Assembly: GCF_009914755.1 (NCBI RefSeq)
Contig: NC_060936.1
Direction: 5' to 3' (one strand)
Origin: the human T2T-CHM13v2.0 reference genome, Homo sapiens
DNA: 64,000 nt
The notes beneath the pieces were generated by a model. It searched no databases. It saw nothing but the letters and a program-made list of their open reading frames with translations, and was not told where the DNA came from. This document shows positions 15,667 to 33,510 of the stretch, one piece after another (within the stretch, counting starts at the first letter, position 1; each line of letters opens with the position of its first letter). Made by a program: the position numbers and the translations under genes.

Positions 15667-17009
15667 TTATAAAGTTTATTTTTTATTAATACACTTTATT
15701 TTTTAGAGCAGTTTTAGATTCCCAGCAATATTGGGTGGAAAGTATGAAGAATTGCTATATACTCCCTTCCCCTGCAGATGCACAGCTCCTCCCACTGTCT
15801 ACAGTTCCCAGGAGAGGTGTGACATTTGTTATCATTGATGAACTTATATTGACACATCGTTATTACCCAAAGTCCATAGTTTACCTTAGGGTTCATTCTT
15901 GATATTGTACATCCTATGGGTTGGGACAAATATATAACGACATGTATCCACATTTATGGAATCATACAGAGTATTTTCACTGCCCTAAAAATTCTCTGTG
16001 CTCTTGATTGTTCATCCCTCCTTCCACACAACCCCTAGAAACCACTGATTGTTTTACTATCGCCATAGTTTTGCGTTTCTAGACTACTATATCGTTGGAA
16101 TCATGTAGTGTGTGGCCTTTGCAGATTGGCTTCTTTTACTTGGTAATATGCATTGAAGTTCCCCCCATGTTTTTTCATGACTTAATAGCTCGTTTCCTTT
16201 TAGTGCTGAATAATATCCCATTGTCTGGATATCACCGTTTATTTATCCATTCACCTACTGAAGGATATCTTGAATGCTCCAAGTTTTGGCAATTATGAAT
16301 AAAGCTGCTTATAAACATCTATGTGCAGGTTCCTGTGTGGACATGCATTTTCAGTTCATTTAGGTAAATATCAAGAAGCATGACTGCTGGATCATATTTT
16401 AAGAATATGTTTAGTTTTGTGAAGAATTACCAAACTGTCTTCCAAAGTGGCTATACCATTTTGTGTTCCTACCAGCAATAAATGAGAGTTCCTGTTGCAT
16501 CACGCTATACCAGCATTTGGTGTTGTCAGAGTTTTGGATTGTGACCGTCTAATGGGTGTATAGTGGTATCTCATTGTGTTTTAATTTGTGTTTCCTTAAT
16601 GATATATGATGTTGAACATCTTTTCACATACTTACTTGCCATCTGTATATCTTCTTTGGTGAGATATCTGTACAGGTCTTTGGCCATTTTTTTAATCAAG
16701 TTGTTCATTTTCTTGTTGAATTTTAAGAGTTCTTTGTCTATTTTTGGTAACAGCCCTTTATCATATGTGTCCTCTGCAAATATTTTTTCTAGTCTAACTC
16801 ATCTTCTCATTCTCTTGACAGTGCCTTTCACAGAGCACACTTTTTAATTTTAATGAAATCTAGCTTATCAATTATTTCTTTCATGGATTTCTGCCTTTGG
16901 TGTTATACCTAAAAAGTCATCACCATACCCATAATAACCTAGATTTTCTCCTATGTTATCTTCCAGGAATTTTAAAGTTTTGTGTTTTACATTTAGGTCT
17001 GTGATCTAT

Positions 17010-17300
17010 TTTTAATTTTTTTAGAGTTTCGCTCTGTTGCCTAGGCTGGAGTGCAGTGGCATGATCTTGGCTTACTACAACCTCCGCCTCCTGGGGTTTA
17101 AGCAATTCTCCTGCCTCAGCCTCTCAAGTAGCTGGGACTACAGGCATGCACCACCACATCTGGGTAATTTTTGTATTTTTAGTAGAGATGGGATTTCACC
17201 ATGTTGGCCAGGCAGGTCTCAAACTCCTGACCTCAAGTGATCCACCCACCTTGGGCTCCCCAAGTGTTAGGATTACAGGTATGAGCCGCCGCACCCTTCC
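17010..17300 (-). mobile_element. Alu inside L1
   Basis: Alu consensus; flanking tgtgatctatttt duplicated. Confidence 0.9.
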
Positions 17301-18244
17301 TGTGATCTATTTTGAGTTAACTTTTATGAAGGGTCTAACATCTGTGCCTGGATTCTTTTTGTTTTTTTGCACGTGGATGTTCAGTTGTTCCAGCACCATT
17401 TGTTGAACGGACTGTCTTTGCCCCATTGTATTGCTTTTGCTCCATTGTCAAAGATCACTTAACTTTGTTTATGTGAGTTTAGTTTTGGGTTCTCTGTTCT
17501 ATTCCATTCATCTATTTGTCTGTTCTTCTACCGATATCACACTCTCTTGATGACTGTAGCTGTACATTAAGCCGTAAAGTCAGGTAGTGGCAGTCCTTAA
17601 ACTTTGTCCTTTAACATTGAGTTGGCTGTTCTGGGTCTTTTGCCTCTATATATAAACTTTAGAATCAGTTTGCCAGTATCCACAAAATAGTGTGCTGGGA
17701 TTTTTGTTGGGATTGCATTGAATCTATGAAGTTGAGAATAGCTGACATTTTGACAGTGTTGAGTCCATGAACATGGGATATTTGTTTATTCAATTCTTCT
17801 TTGGTTTCTTTCACCAGTTTTGTGGTTTTCCTCATATAGATCTTGTACGTATTTTATTAGATTTATACCTAAGCATTTTGATCTTTGGGGGGGTGCTAAT
17901 GTAAATGGTAATGTGTTTTTAATTTTTAATTTCACTTGGTCATTGCTGGTATATGGGGAGGTAATTGACTTTTGTATATTAAACTTTTATTCTGAATCTT
18001 CTTATAATTGCTTATTAGTTCCAGGAATTTCTTGTTTATTCTTTTGGAATTTTCTACATAGACAATCATGTCATCTGTGAAGAAGACAGTTTTGTGTCTT
18101 CCTTCTTAATCTACATACCTTTTGTTTCTTTTTCTTGTCTTATTGCACCAGTTATGACTTCCAATTTGATCTTGAAAAGCAGTGGTAATAACGGACATCC
18201 TTGCCTGGTTCCTGGTCTTAGTGGGAAAGTCTCAATTTTCTCTC

Positions 18245-18538
18245 TTTTTTTTTTTTTGAGACACGGTCTGGCTCTGTCACCCAGGCTGGAGTGCAGTGGT
18301 GTGAACATGGCTCACTGCAGCCTTGATCTCATGGGCTGAAGTAATCCTGCCACTTCAGTCTTCCAAGTAGCTTGAAATACAGATGTGCACCACCATGCCT
18401 GACTAATTTTTGTATTTTTTGTAGAGATGGGGTTTTGTCATGTTGCCCAGGCTGGTCTTGAACTCCTAGGCTCTAGCAATCTTCTTGCCTCAGCCTCCCA
18501 AAGTGCTGGGATTACAGGTGTGGGTCACTGTGCCTGGC
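18245..18538 (-). mobile_element. AluJ inside L1
   Basis: Alu consensus with poly-T. Confidence 0.9.
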
Positions 18539-20956
18539 TGACTTTCTCACTGTTAAGTATGATGTTAGCTGCAGGGTTTTTAAAAATATGTTTTTTATCA
18601 AGTTGAGGAGATTCCCTTCTATTCCTAGTTTGATGAAAGTTTTTATTATGAATAGGTGGTGAGTTTTGTCAAATGATATGATCATGTGATTTTTCTAATT
18701 AAGTCTGTTGATGTGATGGATTAGATTACATTTATTGATTTTGTATGTTGAACCAGCCTTGCATAATTGGGATAAATCCCACTTGGTCATGGTGTATAAT
18801 TCTTTTTATACATTTTTAGATTTGATTTGCTAATACTTTTTTGAGGATTTTTGCGTTTATGTTCAAGAGAGACATTGGTCCATAGTTTTCTTTTCTTGTA
18901 ATGTCTTTGGTGTTGGTATTAGGGTGATGCTGACTTCATAGAATGAGTTAGGAAGTATTTCCACTGCTTCTAGTTTCTGAAAGATATTGCAGAGAATTGT
19001 TACAATTTCTTCCTTAAATGTTTGATAGAATTTATCAGTGAACTCACCTGGGCTTGGTACTTTCTATTTTAAAGGTTATTAAATATTGATTCAAATGTTT
19101 AATAGATGCAGGCCAACTTAGATTGTTTATTTTTGTGTGTGAGTATTGGCAGATTGTGTTTTTCAATGAATTGTTCCTTTTCAGGTATGTTATCAAATTT
19201 GTGGGCATAAAGTTGTTTATAAAACTTCTTTATCCTTTTAATGTTCATGGGATCTGTAATGATGTTCTCTTTTTCATTTCTGATATTAGTAATTTGTATT
19301 CTGTCTCCTTTTTTCTTAGCCTGTCTAGATGCTTACTGATTTCATCTATCTTTTCAAAGAGCAAACATTGCTTTATTGATTTTTTCCATTGATTTCTTGT
19401 GTTCTCTTTCGTTAATTTCTGCTCTAATTTTTATACTTTTTTTTGCTTTTGCTTACTTTGGATTTAATTTGCTTTTCTTTTTCTAGTTTCTAAAGGGGAA
19501 AACTTGGGTTGTTGATCTTAGGTCTTTCTTCTTTCCTAATTTTTGCATCCAAATCCTATGCATTTCCCTTTGCTTTAGCTAGAAACTACAAATTTTGATA
19601 AGTTGTTTCCATTTTTATTTAGTTCAAAATATTTTTTTAAATTATCTTGAGAATTCTCTTACCCCTATGTTACTTAGAAGTGTATTGTTTTATCTCCAAG
19701 TACTTTGGAATTTTCCAGCTATGTTTTTGTTATTAATTTTTTATTTAAGTCCATTGTGATCTGACAGCAGATTTTATATGGTTTCTATATTTTTAAATTT
19801 ATTAGAGTGTGTTTTATGGCCTAAAATGTGGTCTATCATGGTGAATAGTCCACATGAGCTTGAGAAAAATGTGTAATCTGCTGTTGTTTGATGGAATAGT
19901 CTATAGATGTCATTTACATACAATTGATTGATGTTGAGTTTATGTCCTTCCTGATTTTTTGCCTGCTAGATATGCCTATTTCTGAGGGATGCTAAGCCTC
20001 CAAATGTAATAGTGGATTCACCTCTTTTTTCTTACAGTTCTATCAGTTTTACCTCATGTATTTTAATGCTCTGTTGTTAGGCACATACACACTAATGATT
20101 GTTACGTATTCTTGGAATATTGACCCCTTTATCATTTTGTAACGCCTCTCTCTATCTCTGATAACCTTTCTTGCTCTGTAGTTTGCTATGTCTGAAATTA
20201 CTGTAGCTACTCCCACTTGCTTTTGATTATTGTTAGTGTGGTATAGCTTTCTCCAACCATTTAAATCTACATATGTCTTTATATTTAAAGTGGACTTTTT
20301 GTAGACCACATATGATTGGGTTTTGTTTTTTGATCTACCTTGACAATTCCTGTTTTTCAATTAGTGTGTTTAGACCATTGGCATTTGAGGTGATTGTTAG
20401 TTGGGTATATAGTTGGATACCTACCATATTTGTTATTGTGTTTTATTTGTTGCCCTTGTTTTTTGTTTCTATTTTTATCTTCCACACTTTTTTGCCTTTT
20501 ATGGTTTATTATTTAGTATTAAATCATTTTACATTATTCCATTTTCTCTTTTGTAACATATAAAGTATACTTGTTTTTAAAAATTATTTGTAGAAATGAA
20601 GTCTCAACTGTGTTGCCCAGGCAGGTCTCAAACTCATGGGCTCAAACAGTCTTCCCATCTTGGCCTCCCAAAGTGCTGGGATTAACAGATGTGAGCCACC
20701 ATGCTCCTTTTTTTGTTTTTTTAAACTTTTTTAAAGTGGTTTCCCTAGAAGTTTGCTGTATATATTTACAACTCATCCAAGACCAATTTCAAATAACTCT
20801 GTACTAATACATGGGCAGTGTATTTCATTATAATAATGAAATATTCCTAATTTCTCCCTCCTGTCTTATGCTGTCATTCATTTCACTTATACGTTAGTGT
20901 ATATAACTATATGTGTATGCACATACACAAACACACACACATATATATATACACAC

Positions 20957-21290
20957 ACAGCCCTCCATATATGTGGGCTTTGCCTCCATGGAGTCAACCA
21001 ACTGTGGATCAGAATATTTGAAAAATAAGGGATAATTGCATCTGTACTGCACATGTACAGATGTTTTTCTCTTGTCATTATTTTCTAAACAATACAGTAT
21101 AACAACTATTTGCATAGTATTAGGTATTATAAGTAATCTAGAGATGATTTAAAGTACATAAGATGATGTATGTAGATTAAAAGCAAATAATGCATCATTT
21201 TATATAAGGGACTTGAGCATTCATGGATTTTGGTATCCACTGGGGGTGGGGCCCTGAAGCCAATCTCCCATGGATAATAAGGGACTACTG
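20957..21290. mobile_element. MER2-family (Tigger) element inside L1
   Basis: cagccctccatatatgtggg...ggataataagggactactgta. Confidence 0.75.
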
Positions 21291-22452
21291 TACACATAAG
21301 CATACATAACCAAATACATTGTTGCCATTATTATTTTGAACAAACTTTGATCTGTTAGATCAATTAAAAAAATAAACATTTTTGTTTTACCTCCACTTAC
21401 TCCTTCTTGATGCTCTTGTTTTCTTTATGTAGATCTTATTTCTGACCTAACATTATTTTCCTTCTCTCAAAAGAACTTCTTTTAACATTTCTTGTAAGGC
21501 AGGTCTACTGCCAACAAACTCTGTCAATTTTTGTTAGTCTGAGAAAGTCGTTATTTCTCCATCAGTTTTGAAGGATAGTTTCACAAGGTACAAGAATTCT
21601 AAGTTGGTGGGTTTTTTCTTTTCCTCTCCACACTAAATAGTTCACTCCACTTTGTTCTTGATTATGTGATTTCTGAGAAGGCAGATATAATTTTTATCTT
21701 TGTTTCTCTATAGCCAATTTACTTTTTTTCTCTGATTTCTTTCAGGAATTTTTCTTTATCTTTTACTTTTTGTAGTTTGAAACGATAGCCTAGGTATAGT
21801 TTTTGTTGGCATTTATGCTGCTTGGTATTCTCTAAGCTTCCTGGATCTGTGGTTTGGTGTCTGGCATTAATTTGGGGGCAATTCTCAGCCTATATTGTTT
21901 CGTATATTTTTTCTGTTTCTTTCTTTTTCTCCATCTAGTATTTCCACTATACCTATGTTAAACCTTGTATACTTGTCCCACAGTTCTTGGATATTCTGTT
22001 TTTCAGTCTTTCTTCTCTTTGCTTATCAGTTTTGGAGGTTTCTATTGATACATTCTTAAGCTCAGATATTCTCTCCTTAGCTATGTCCAGTCTACTAATA
22101 AGCCTACCAAAGACGTTCTTCATTTCTGTTACAGTGTTTTTGATCCTTAACATTTTTTTTTCTTAAGATTTCTATTTCTTTGGTTACATTGCCTATGTGT
22201 CCTTGCATGCTGACTATCTATTAGAGCCCTTAACAAATTAACCATAGTTGTTTTAAATTCCCTATCTGATAATTCCAACATCCTTGTCATGTCTGTTTCT
22301 GATGCTTGGTCTGTCTCTTCAAACTGTGTTGTTTTGCCTTTTAGTATGCCTTGTAATTTTTTCTTGATAGCTGGGCATGAATATGGGGTAAAGGGATCAC
22401 TCTTAAGTAGGCCTTTAGTAATGTAGTGATAGAAGTGTGGGAGGAGAGGAAG

Positions 22453-23204
22453 TGAAACCATCTTTGCAAAAATTATGACCATGAGAAAAATTTTGGCATA
22501 GGAAAGTTATGGCAGTGAAAGAAATCTAACCTAACTGACTCCATGTTGCTTCTCACCTCCAAGCTGTTCCTATTCATTCCTGGGCATAGGCCAAACAAAA
22601 TATAGGAGGAATTTACTTTATAGTTTAATTTTGAAGCAAAGATGATAACAGCCCCTTCCTGAGACAAACCCCCTCTTTGCTTAGGGATTAGACCATCTTT
22701 GTAAAACTGAAACGTTAGCCACAAGATTAGAAATTCTGGCTCAGGAGTCATGTAGCCAGAGGCCACAAGATTCCTAAACTTCCCAATTGCTCCTATAGAT
22801 AACATCACTATTGTAAAACCTAAGATTGGTGTTTGAGGTATTTTTCTGACCCTGCATTCTGATGAACCAACCAGCTGGTGCCACCCAGACTGGTAAACTG
22901 GCTCATCTGGTCTTTTGGCCCGCACCCAGGAACTGACTCAGTACAAGAAGACAAACTTCGACTCCCTATGATTTCAACCCAACCAATCAGCATTCCCTAT
23001 TCCCGACCCTGCTGCCTCCAAATTATCCTTGAAGAACCATAGCCTCTGGATTTTTGGAAAGGCATATTTGAGTAATAATAAGCTCCTGTCCTCTTGCTTA
23101 GCTGCCTCTGGGTTTATTAAACTCTTTCTCTATTGCAAAAACCTGCTGTTCAGTGCATCGGCTTTGCTGGGCAGTGGGAATGATGAAACTGCCTGGTGAA
23201 TACA
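22453..23204 (+). mobile_element. Solo ERV1 LTR (LTR8 family) with 4-bp TSD GAAG
   Basis: Starts tgaaaccatctttgcaaaaattatg, ends ...gaataca; gaag at 22449-22452 and 23205-23208. Confidence 0.85.
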
Positions 23205-23572
23205 GAAGTGTTCTCTTGTCCTATGAGTAGGTCTCAGTCTTTGAGTAAGCCTGTGCCTCTGGACTGTGAACTTCACAGTGTTTCTCAGGTTTTATTTCCT
23301 CTTAGGTGGGACAGGGTCGCTAGACTCGGCTGGAATTATATGTTTCTGTTCATCACATGGAAGGCTTGAGTGGGCTAGAGCTGAGAATTTCTCTTCCCTC
23401 CAGGCCCGTTAGGCTGTGGGAAAATCCACTGTCAGATGAGGCTCTGGTTAGGTAGCTTCTCCTGAGGACAGGCCTTGTTAGGAAGACCCCAGTGCTCTGG
23501 CATATTTCAAAATGGTTCCTTTTCCTTCTCCTCCTGCTGGAAAGGGATTTTTCTTGGGGAAGTTTCTGCTCC

Positions 23573-23923
<351 letters not shown>

Positions 23924-24243
23924 TCAATTTCAGAAGCATCAGTTTACCTTGTGATCTCACTTTTCTTACAGAACTAAGAAGACTTGTTGATTTTTCAGTT
24001 TGTTCAGCCTTTTTACTTGTTAGGATGGAGTGGCGACTTTTCAGCTCCTTAAATACAGAGCTGGAAACCAGAAGCCTCTTGACTTTTCATTTTTTGCCTT
24101 TGAAAAAAGTCAGGTAGTTAATACTTCTCTTTCAGGGTGCTGTTTGAAAATTCTGTTATGCAAAAACATAATGTAGATAATTTGTATTCCCAATAAATGA
24201 TAAGGCACATTGGATATAATTGTTACTGTTTTGTATTTTTTAG

Positions 24244-24639
<396 letters not shown>

Positions 24640-25557
24640 AGACTTATTATTTTTTATGTTCATCCCCCTGTTAATTATCTTTCACTCACAATATTCCCTT
24701 TGCTTTTCCTTTTTACCAGTGGTCCAGTATGGGTATCAGTGGAACAATATATGTCTTAAGAATAAAGCAATTTTAAACCACCATGACTAGTAGCAGTGTT
24801 TAGCTGAGTTCTGTTGCCCAGTTGTCACCAACTACTGCATATACTCCCTAGATATACAGTTGCATGTTCTCACACTGTCCTGTTTTGAAGAAAAAAATGT
24901 TTTTAAAAAGTAGAAATTGAACCAAATGCCATTACTGTCTTTATTGACTTGAAAGGCCCTCATTCCACCCAATCCTGCCCTACTCCTCTTACCCCAATTC
25001 CTTTGTGAACTACTTTGGGAAATGCTGCTGGTGGTGGTGTGTGATGATATTTGTAAGAGCATGAAAATAAAAAGCTGGGAATATATAAGAGATTCAGATT
25101 TTGCTGAAGCAGAGAATTTGACTTGTGGAGTATTGTAATGCAAAATTTGGTGCACTGTTAATGGAAAGCATTTGCTATATTAAACAGTAAGGGTCTATTG
25201 TAGGTTGAGAAGCTGGGGAGATTTATTTTACCATTTAGCATGTAGAGAATTTGAATAGGAAAGTAGGTGTGTATAGAGTGCCTGTTTGTCCCATTCATTG
25301 TTGGGGTTTATATATACCTTTCTCTCTTAATCCTCAAAACTCCCTGCCTGTAATGTAGGTATTTTCCCCATTTTGCAGATAAGGAAGCTCAGACACATGA
25401 ACTTTTCCAAGGTCTCAAAGCTAGTACATCGTGGGGCTGTATTCAAACCCAGGGCTGACTTCAAGACCTATTATTCTTCTACTGAATTAACCTGAATGCT
25501 TGCAAAGTCTGTGGCTCTAATTGTTTCTGTGGCTAATTAATGTTCATGAACTGGTGA

Positions 25558-25890
<333 letters not shown>

Positions 25891-26558
25891 TAGTTTTTTA
25901 ATGACTCCCTCAACTTTGTTAGGTCTGTTTATTTGAGAGCATGTATTTATTTGGGGCCATAAATGTATTTTTACATTTACCTATTTTATTTATCTCAGGT
26001 CTTGCTTTTTACATTAGAGAAGGAAGCTTTACTAGTACTCTAGTTGGAGGGGTACATCTCTTTATCAGGAAAGGATCTTATTCAGATATATACATACATA
26101 CATTGTATTTATTTATAAATACAATAATAACACTGAAGTATAAAGAACCACAATTTATTACTTTTTTCCTCATTTTTTTTTGCTGCTGTGGAGCTTACCA
26201 GCTAGAATTCTGGTTTTGGTAGCAGGAAAGAACAAGTGGCAACTTTGTGAATTGTGGCATTTGAGATTAGACGGATATACAAGATGGTGTACTACAGCAC
26301 TCTAACAGAAGGGAATAGCACTGTTGTCAAAGACATTGGAAGGTCTCTTGTAACTGAAAGAGCCCTCTTTGGCATTTGGCCGTCTCAGTTTCACGATAAC
26401 AAGACGAAGCAGGAACCTTGAAATTGCTCCTCTTTATATTCCATTCCTGGATAATTACCATCTATACTCAGATTTCGAAAGGTCCTTTTATTTTATGATT
26501 GCATCTTTCAGCAACAACTATTATTATCCTATTATGCAATTTGCCTTATTTATGATGC

Positions 26559-26910
26559 TCAGGTGGGAAAACGTTCAGACTCCACAATTGAAAAGATCGC
26601 CCTGATTGAGCATTTTGTGGTGCTTTTGCTTGTTTTGCTGTTGAACAAACAAGAGTTCAAGACAGGTGAATTTTTTCCAGATGTGCATTTGAATAATTGG
26701 ACAGATCCCTGTGGTCTCTTCAGTAATAACACAAGTGACTGCTTATTGTCGCCTTCTTCCTCCATGCCTGGCTTCCTGTGGTCACTCTGCAAAGGGCTCT
26801 GTAGTTGCAAGATGACTCCACAGTTAATATTGAGCTCATGAGGAGTAAATAGTTCATCCAAGCTGGGAATCTCTGAGCTTCATTAGGTCTGCTTATTTGG
26901 GTACCAGAAC
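26559..26910 (-). pseudogene. Putative terminal pseudo-exon (FWYPNKQT**SSEIPSLDELFTPHELNINCGVILQLQSPLQSDHRK...ESERFPT*)
   Basis: Acceptor gtgacag at 26911; phase 2 fits previous exon; contains the 100-aa ORF 26559-26861; AATAAA on - strand at 26108-26113. Confidence 0.55.
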
Positions 26911-27759
26911 CTGTCACTATCCAGGAGACACACAGCAGATCAGCTTTCACTTGCTTTGTTACCATTTTAGGCATGAAACAGAACGATTTTCTCCCAGAAC
27001 ATGATGTCCCTGTGAAGCAATAAGTGATAGCACTTTATGGGCTTTAAGGAATCTAGAGCCAGGCCAGTTAGCAACTGAAGCTGTAGTAACTCAGCTGGAC
27101 ACTGATGTCCTTTTCCTGAAGTTATATGAGCAGAGGCATGTAAGGGAAATGTGGCTCGGTGACCCACAGTGCTCAGTGCCCAGTTCAGTGACAGGCAGCC
27201 AGGAGAGCTGAGCCATGGAGAGGCCAGCAAGCCAAAGGGATTTGCTGCCATGCTGTGACATGGAAGGCAGGGTGCACTCAGCACTGTATTGATGACGTTC
27301 TTAAGTCTGAAGGACTTAATGCAGTTTCTGGATGTGCCTCCTCATCACCACACCTGTTCAAGGGGGAAACTGGGACCCACCCCAAGAGTCAGCTCTATAG
27401 AAGTTTTTCCTGACAATACTCTCTACTCCTGGAGGTAGACTGTGTTTTTCTCCTGTACTCTCCTCTAACACAGAACTTGCGTGTTACTATATGCAACTTG
27501 TTTATCTGCCCCCTGGACTGTGAACCCTTGAGGACAGGGATATTGTCTTATCACTCTTTGAATTCTCAGTGCTGGGTACATATTACGTGTTCAATACATG
27601 TTTGTTAAATAAATGAAACAGTCACGTTTGGCTCCTTTCTTCCACAAGGCATTCTACCCTTCCACGGAAACAATTATAGCAGCATGGAAACAATTACAGC
27701 AGCTATCTATAATTGATAATCAGAACTAATGAAATATGGTAGCACAGGCATGAATAGAG

Positions 27760-30700
<2,941 letters not shown>

Positions 30701-30890
30701 TTATTGGTTTATTTTTGCTCTATACATAGACTCCAGTTGAAAAAAGTATTTAAAAATATATACTATAATTTTCTCAGACTGATAGAACATCTCAACTTGA
30801 AGATTAAGCACAGAATTTGGGGATGTTCATCCAGATCTGTATATTTACTTTGCTTTTGTTAGGGAGTATGTAGGTACTTCCTGTACTTAT

Positions 30891-31112
30891 ATTTTACTTT
30901 TTGAAAGTTGGCACAGGCATGTGCTCACACATACATTATTTCCCACATGTTAGTCCAAGAATTGCCAGGCTTCTATTTCAATGACTGTGTTTAAAGTAAT
31001 AGTTTGCCAGCGACTTGGTTTACATATCCAATCAGTGTGAAAGTTATGTATCCTTCTCCATAGATACAAGGAAGTCCTCTTTGCCCAATCAGTAGATCAA
31101 GAAGGCGAACAC
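30891..31112 (-). pseudogene. Pseudo-exon, 222 nt, phase 2-2 (CSPS*STDWAKRTSLYLWRRIHNFHTDWICKPSRWQTITLNTVIEIEAWQFLD*...SKSK)
   Basis: AG acceptor at 31113; donor reads ATAAGT (dead GT); frame continues from the previous exon. Confidence 0.5.
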
Positions 31113-31219
31113 CTTCTTAATTACAAATGAGGTTTTAAAAAGTTGGCTTAACAAATATAGCTACGTTTGCTTAACAAATATAGCCATATAGCTTAACGAG
31201 TATAGCTAAGGAGACCTAC

Positions 31220-31253
31220 CTGAGGATTCTTCTGGTTTAGAAAAGAATTATTT
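31220..31253 (-). pseudogene. Pseudo-exon, 34 nt, phase 1-2
   Basis: gtctccctatcag | ... cag | gtaggt. Confidence 0.6.
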
Positions 31254-31334
31254 CTGATAGGGAGACAATCATGTTGGGTGTATTTTAAAATGCTTGATAT
31301 AATCTTCAAAATTTATTATGAAACAGTGAAATCT

Positions 31335-31643
<309 letters not shown>

Positions 31644-31847
31644 AACAGTGAAATCTAGTATTTTATATGACATGAGCAATTTGCACAGTGACTTTGAACA
31701 TTATCCTGACCATCAAAGAACATTATTTAATAAGAATTGTGGACTAAGTAACTTTAGTGTGCATTTTCTCTAAAGATTTGGGCGCAGAGTTATGAACTCC
31801 ATTTGGTTGAACTGGTAGTTTTAGAAACAGATTTTTAAATTACTTAC

Positions 31848-32046
31848 CAAATGTAAAAGGAAAACACTTGTATTGAAAACACTGGTTGCAGATCGTTCTA
31901 AAGGCCATTTGGGACAACAGAACAAGGCAACATCTCAGAGAAAATGGTTAGTAATGGGCTCTTAGAGATGGTGTCTTAATGCAGTAGTTATTTTGAATTA
32001 TCTTTAAAATGGTTTTTTGACCCTGTTCTTCTGTTTTGACATTCTC
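31848..32046 (-). pseudogene. Pseudo-exon, 199 nt, phase 0-1 (ENVKTEEQGQKTILKIIQNNYCIKTPSLRAHY*PFSLRCCLVLLSQMAFRTICNQCFQYKCFPFTF)
   Basis: ccttcaaag acceptor, ttg|gtaagt donor, one stop in 66 codons. Confidence 0.65.
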
Positions 32047-32094
32047 CTTTGAAGGCATACAAGTTATACTGATGATATTTGAATAGTGGAACTC

Positions 32095-32625
32095 TTGTGT
32101 AGCAGTTAAGAGGGTGCATTTTAGAGTCAGACAGACCTGGGTTAAAATCCAGGCTCTACCACTTAGTCGTTTTTTGAGCTTTGGCAAGTCACTCTAGTCT
32201 CTCTAAGCTTTAGTTTCTTCATTTCAAAAGTACAGACCTGACAGAGTTGTTGAGAGGATTAAATGACATAATTTTTGTAAAGAGCATAACTGCCTGGCAG
32301 ATTAAATGTTCAGTAAGTGGTTGCTCTTTTTTCATAAGTAGTCCAATTTCTTTTAGAAGATTTTCATAATAATATGTAGTGTAATGGAAAGAATGCACAC
32401 TGTCTTGTCTAATAGACCCAGATTTGAACACTGGTTCTGCCCTTAACAACCTCCTAACCTTGGGCAAATCATTCTGCTCTGTGCCTCAATTTTCTTCCCC
32501 AAGAAATGGAGTCATAATGCTGACCTTTTTAGGGGTTGTAAGGATTTGAAGTAATATAGGCTAAGTGTCAAACTCTATGCCTGGAGGAAAGTCAGTATTC
32601 AATGAATGGTTACTATCATTATGGT
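32095..32625 (+). mobile_element. Two MIR elements
   Basis: agagtcagacagacctgggtt...ttgttgagaggattaaatga; tgtgcctcaatttt...aaatggag. Confidence 0.75.
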
Positions 32626-33215
32626 TATAAAGCTAATAAATATCAAAGAACATGTTAAGGCTTTTAATATTTTTCCTCTTCTCTTTTTTATCTTTAGTTG
32701 TAATTCTTTAAGAAATTGGGTACACATAGCTAAGACTGTGCAGTATAAGAAAAGTGTTAATAAGTTATATAAAAATGTATTCTAATACTACATTTGGTAA
32801 ACAAAGAATAAGAATCTGTAGGTAGGGATTATATGAGTGGAGAAGGATGTGTACTTAGGGCTTGGCTTTGGGGTGCGTGTCAGAGACTAGTGTATGAGGA
32901 AGAAGAAGCAGGAAAAGGCAGTGTTTCATTTCTCACAATCGCCCCTCTCACCAGCCACACTGAAGAGGTGATGTCATGGGCCTCTGATGCTGTGCTTGCC
33001 CCCATCACCCAGCCGTCTGGAATAGCTGCTGGAGGTGCCCAGTGTGCCAGCACTGAAGGAAGGCCTGGCTGCTTGGCAAGCATTGGTGATGCTGTGACAT
33101 TGAGTTCCTGGGGAGGCTGCCTGCTCAGGTGGACTGCCACATGCTGTATGTCTTGCTTCATATTTGCACAATATGGTGCTTGATGTGATTCATTCATCCA
33201 TTCATCCATCCTTTG

Positions 33216-33510
33216 TTTTTTTTTTTTTTTGAGGCAGCATCTCACTCTGTCACCCAGGCTAGACTGCAGTGGTGATCAAGGCCCACTGCAGCCTCAATCT
33301 CCTAGGCTCAATCGATCCTACACCACAGCCTTCTGAGAAGCTGTTACTACAGGCATGCGCTACCACACCCTGCTAAATTTTTATATTTTTTGAGGAGACA
33401 GGGTTTTGCCATGTTGCCCAGGCTGGTCTCAAACTCCTGGGCTCAGGCCATCTGTCTACCTCAGCCTCCCAAGGTGCTCGGATTACAGGCGTGAGCCACC
33501 TGCCTGGCCT
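33216..33510 (-). mobile_element. AluJ, followed by (TCCA)n at ~33590-33677
   Basis: Alu consensus; tccatcca repeats. Confidence 0.9.

Noticed and set aside
18111-22482. ORFs resembling reverse transcriptase/endonuclease/ORF1p
   Set aside because: Short broken remnants of the old L1, not a functional element or a novel system.
22473-22925. 150-aa ORF, the longest in the window
   Set aside because: Lies antisense within the LTR8-family LTR; no splice or domain support.
31146-31210. Three short direct repeats (gcttaacaaatatagc)
   Set aside because: Simple slippage duplication; no spacer structure, so not CRISPR-like, and the DNA is eukaryotic.
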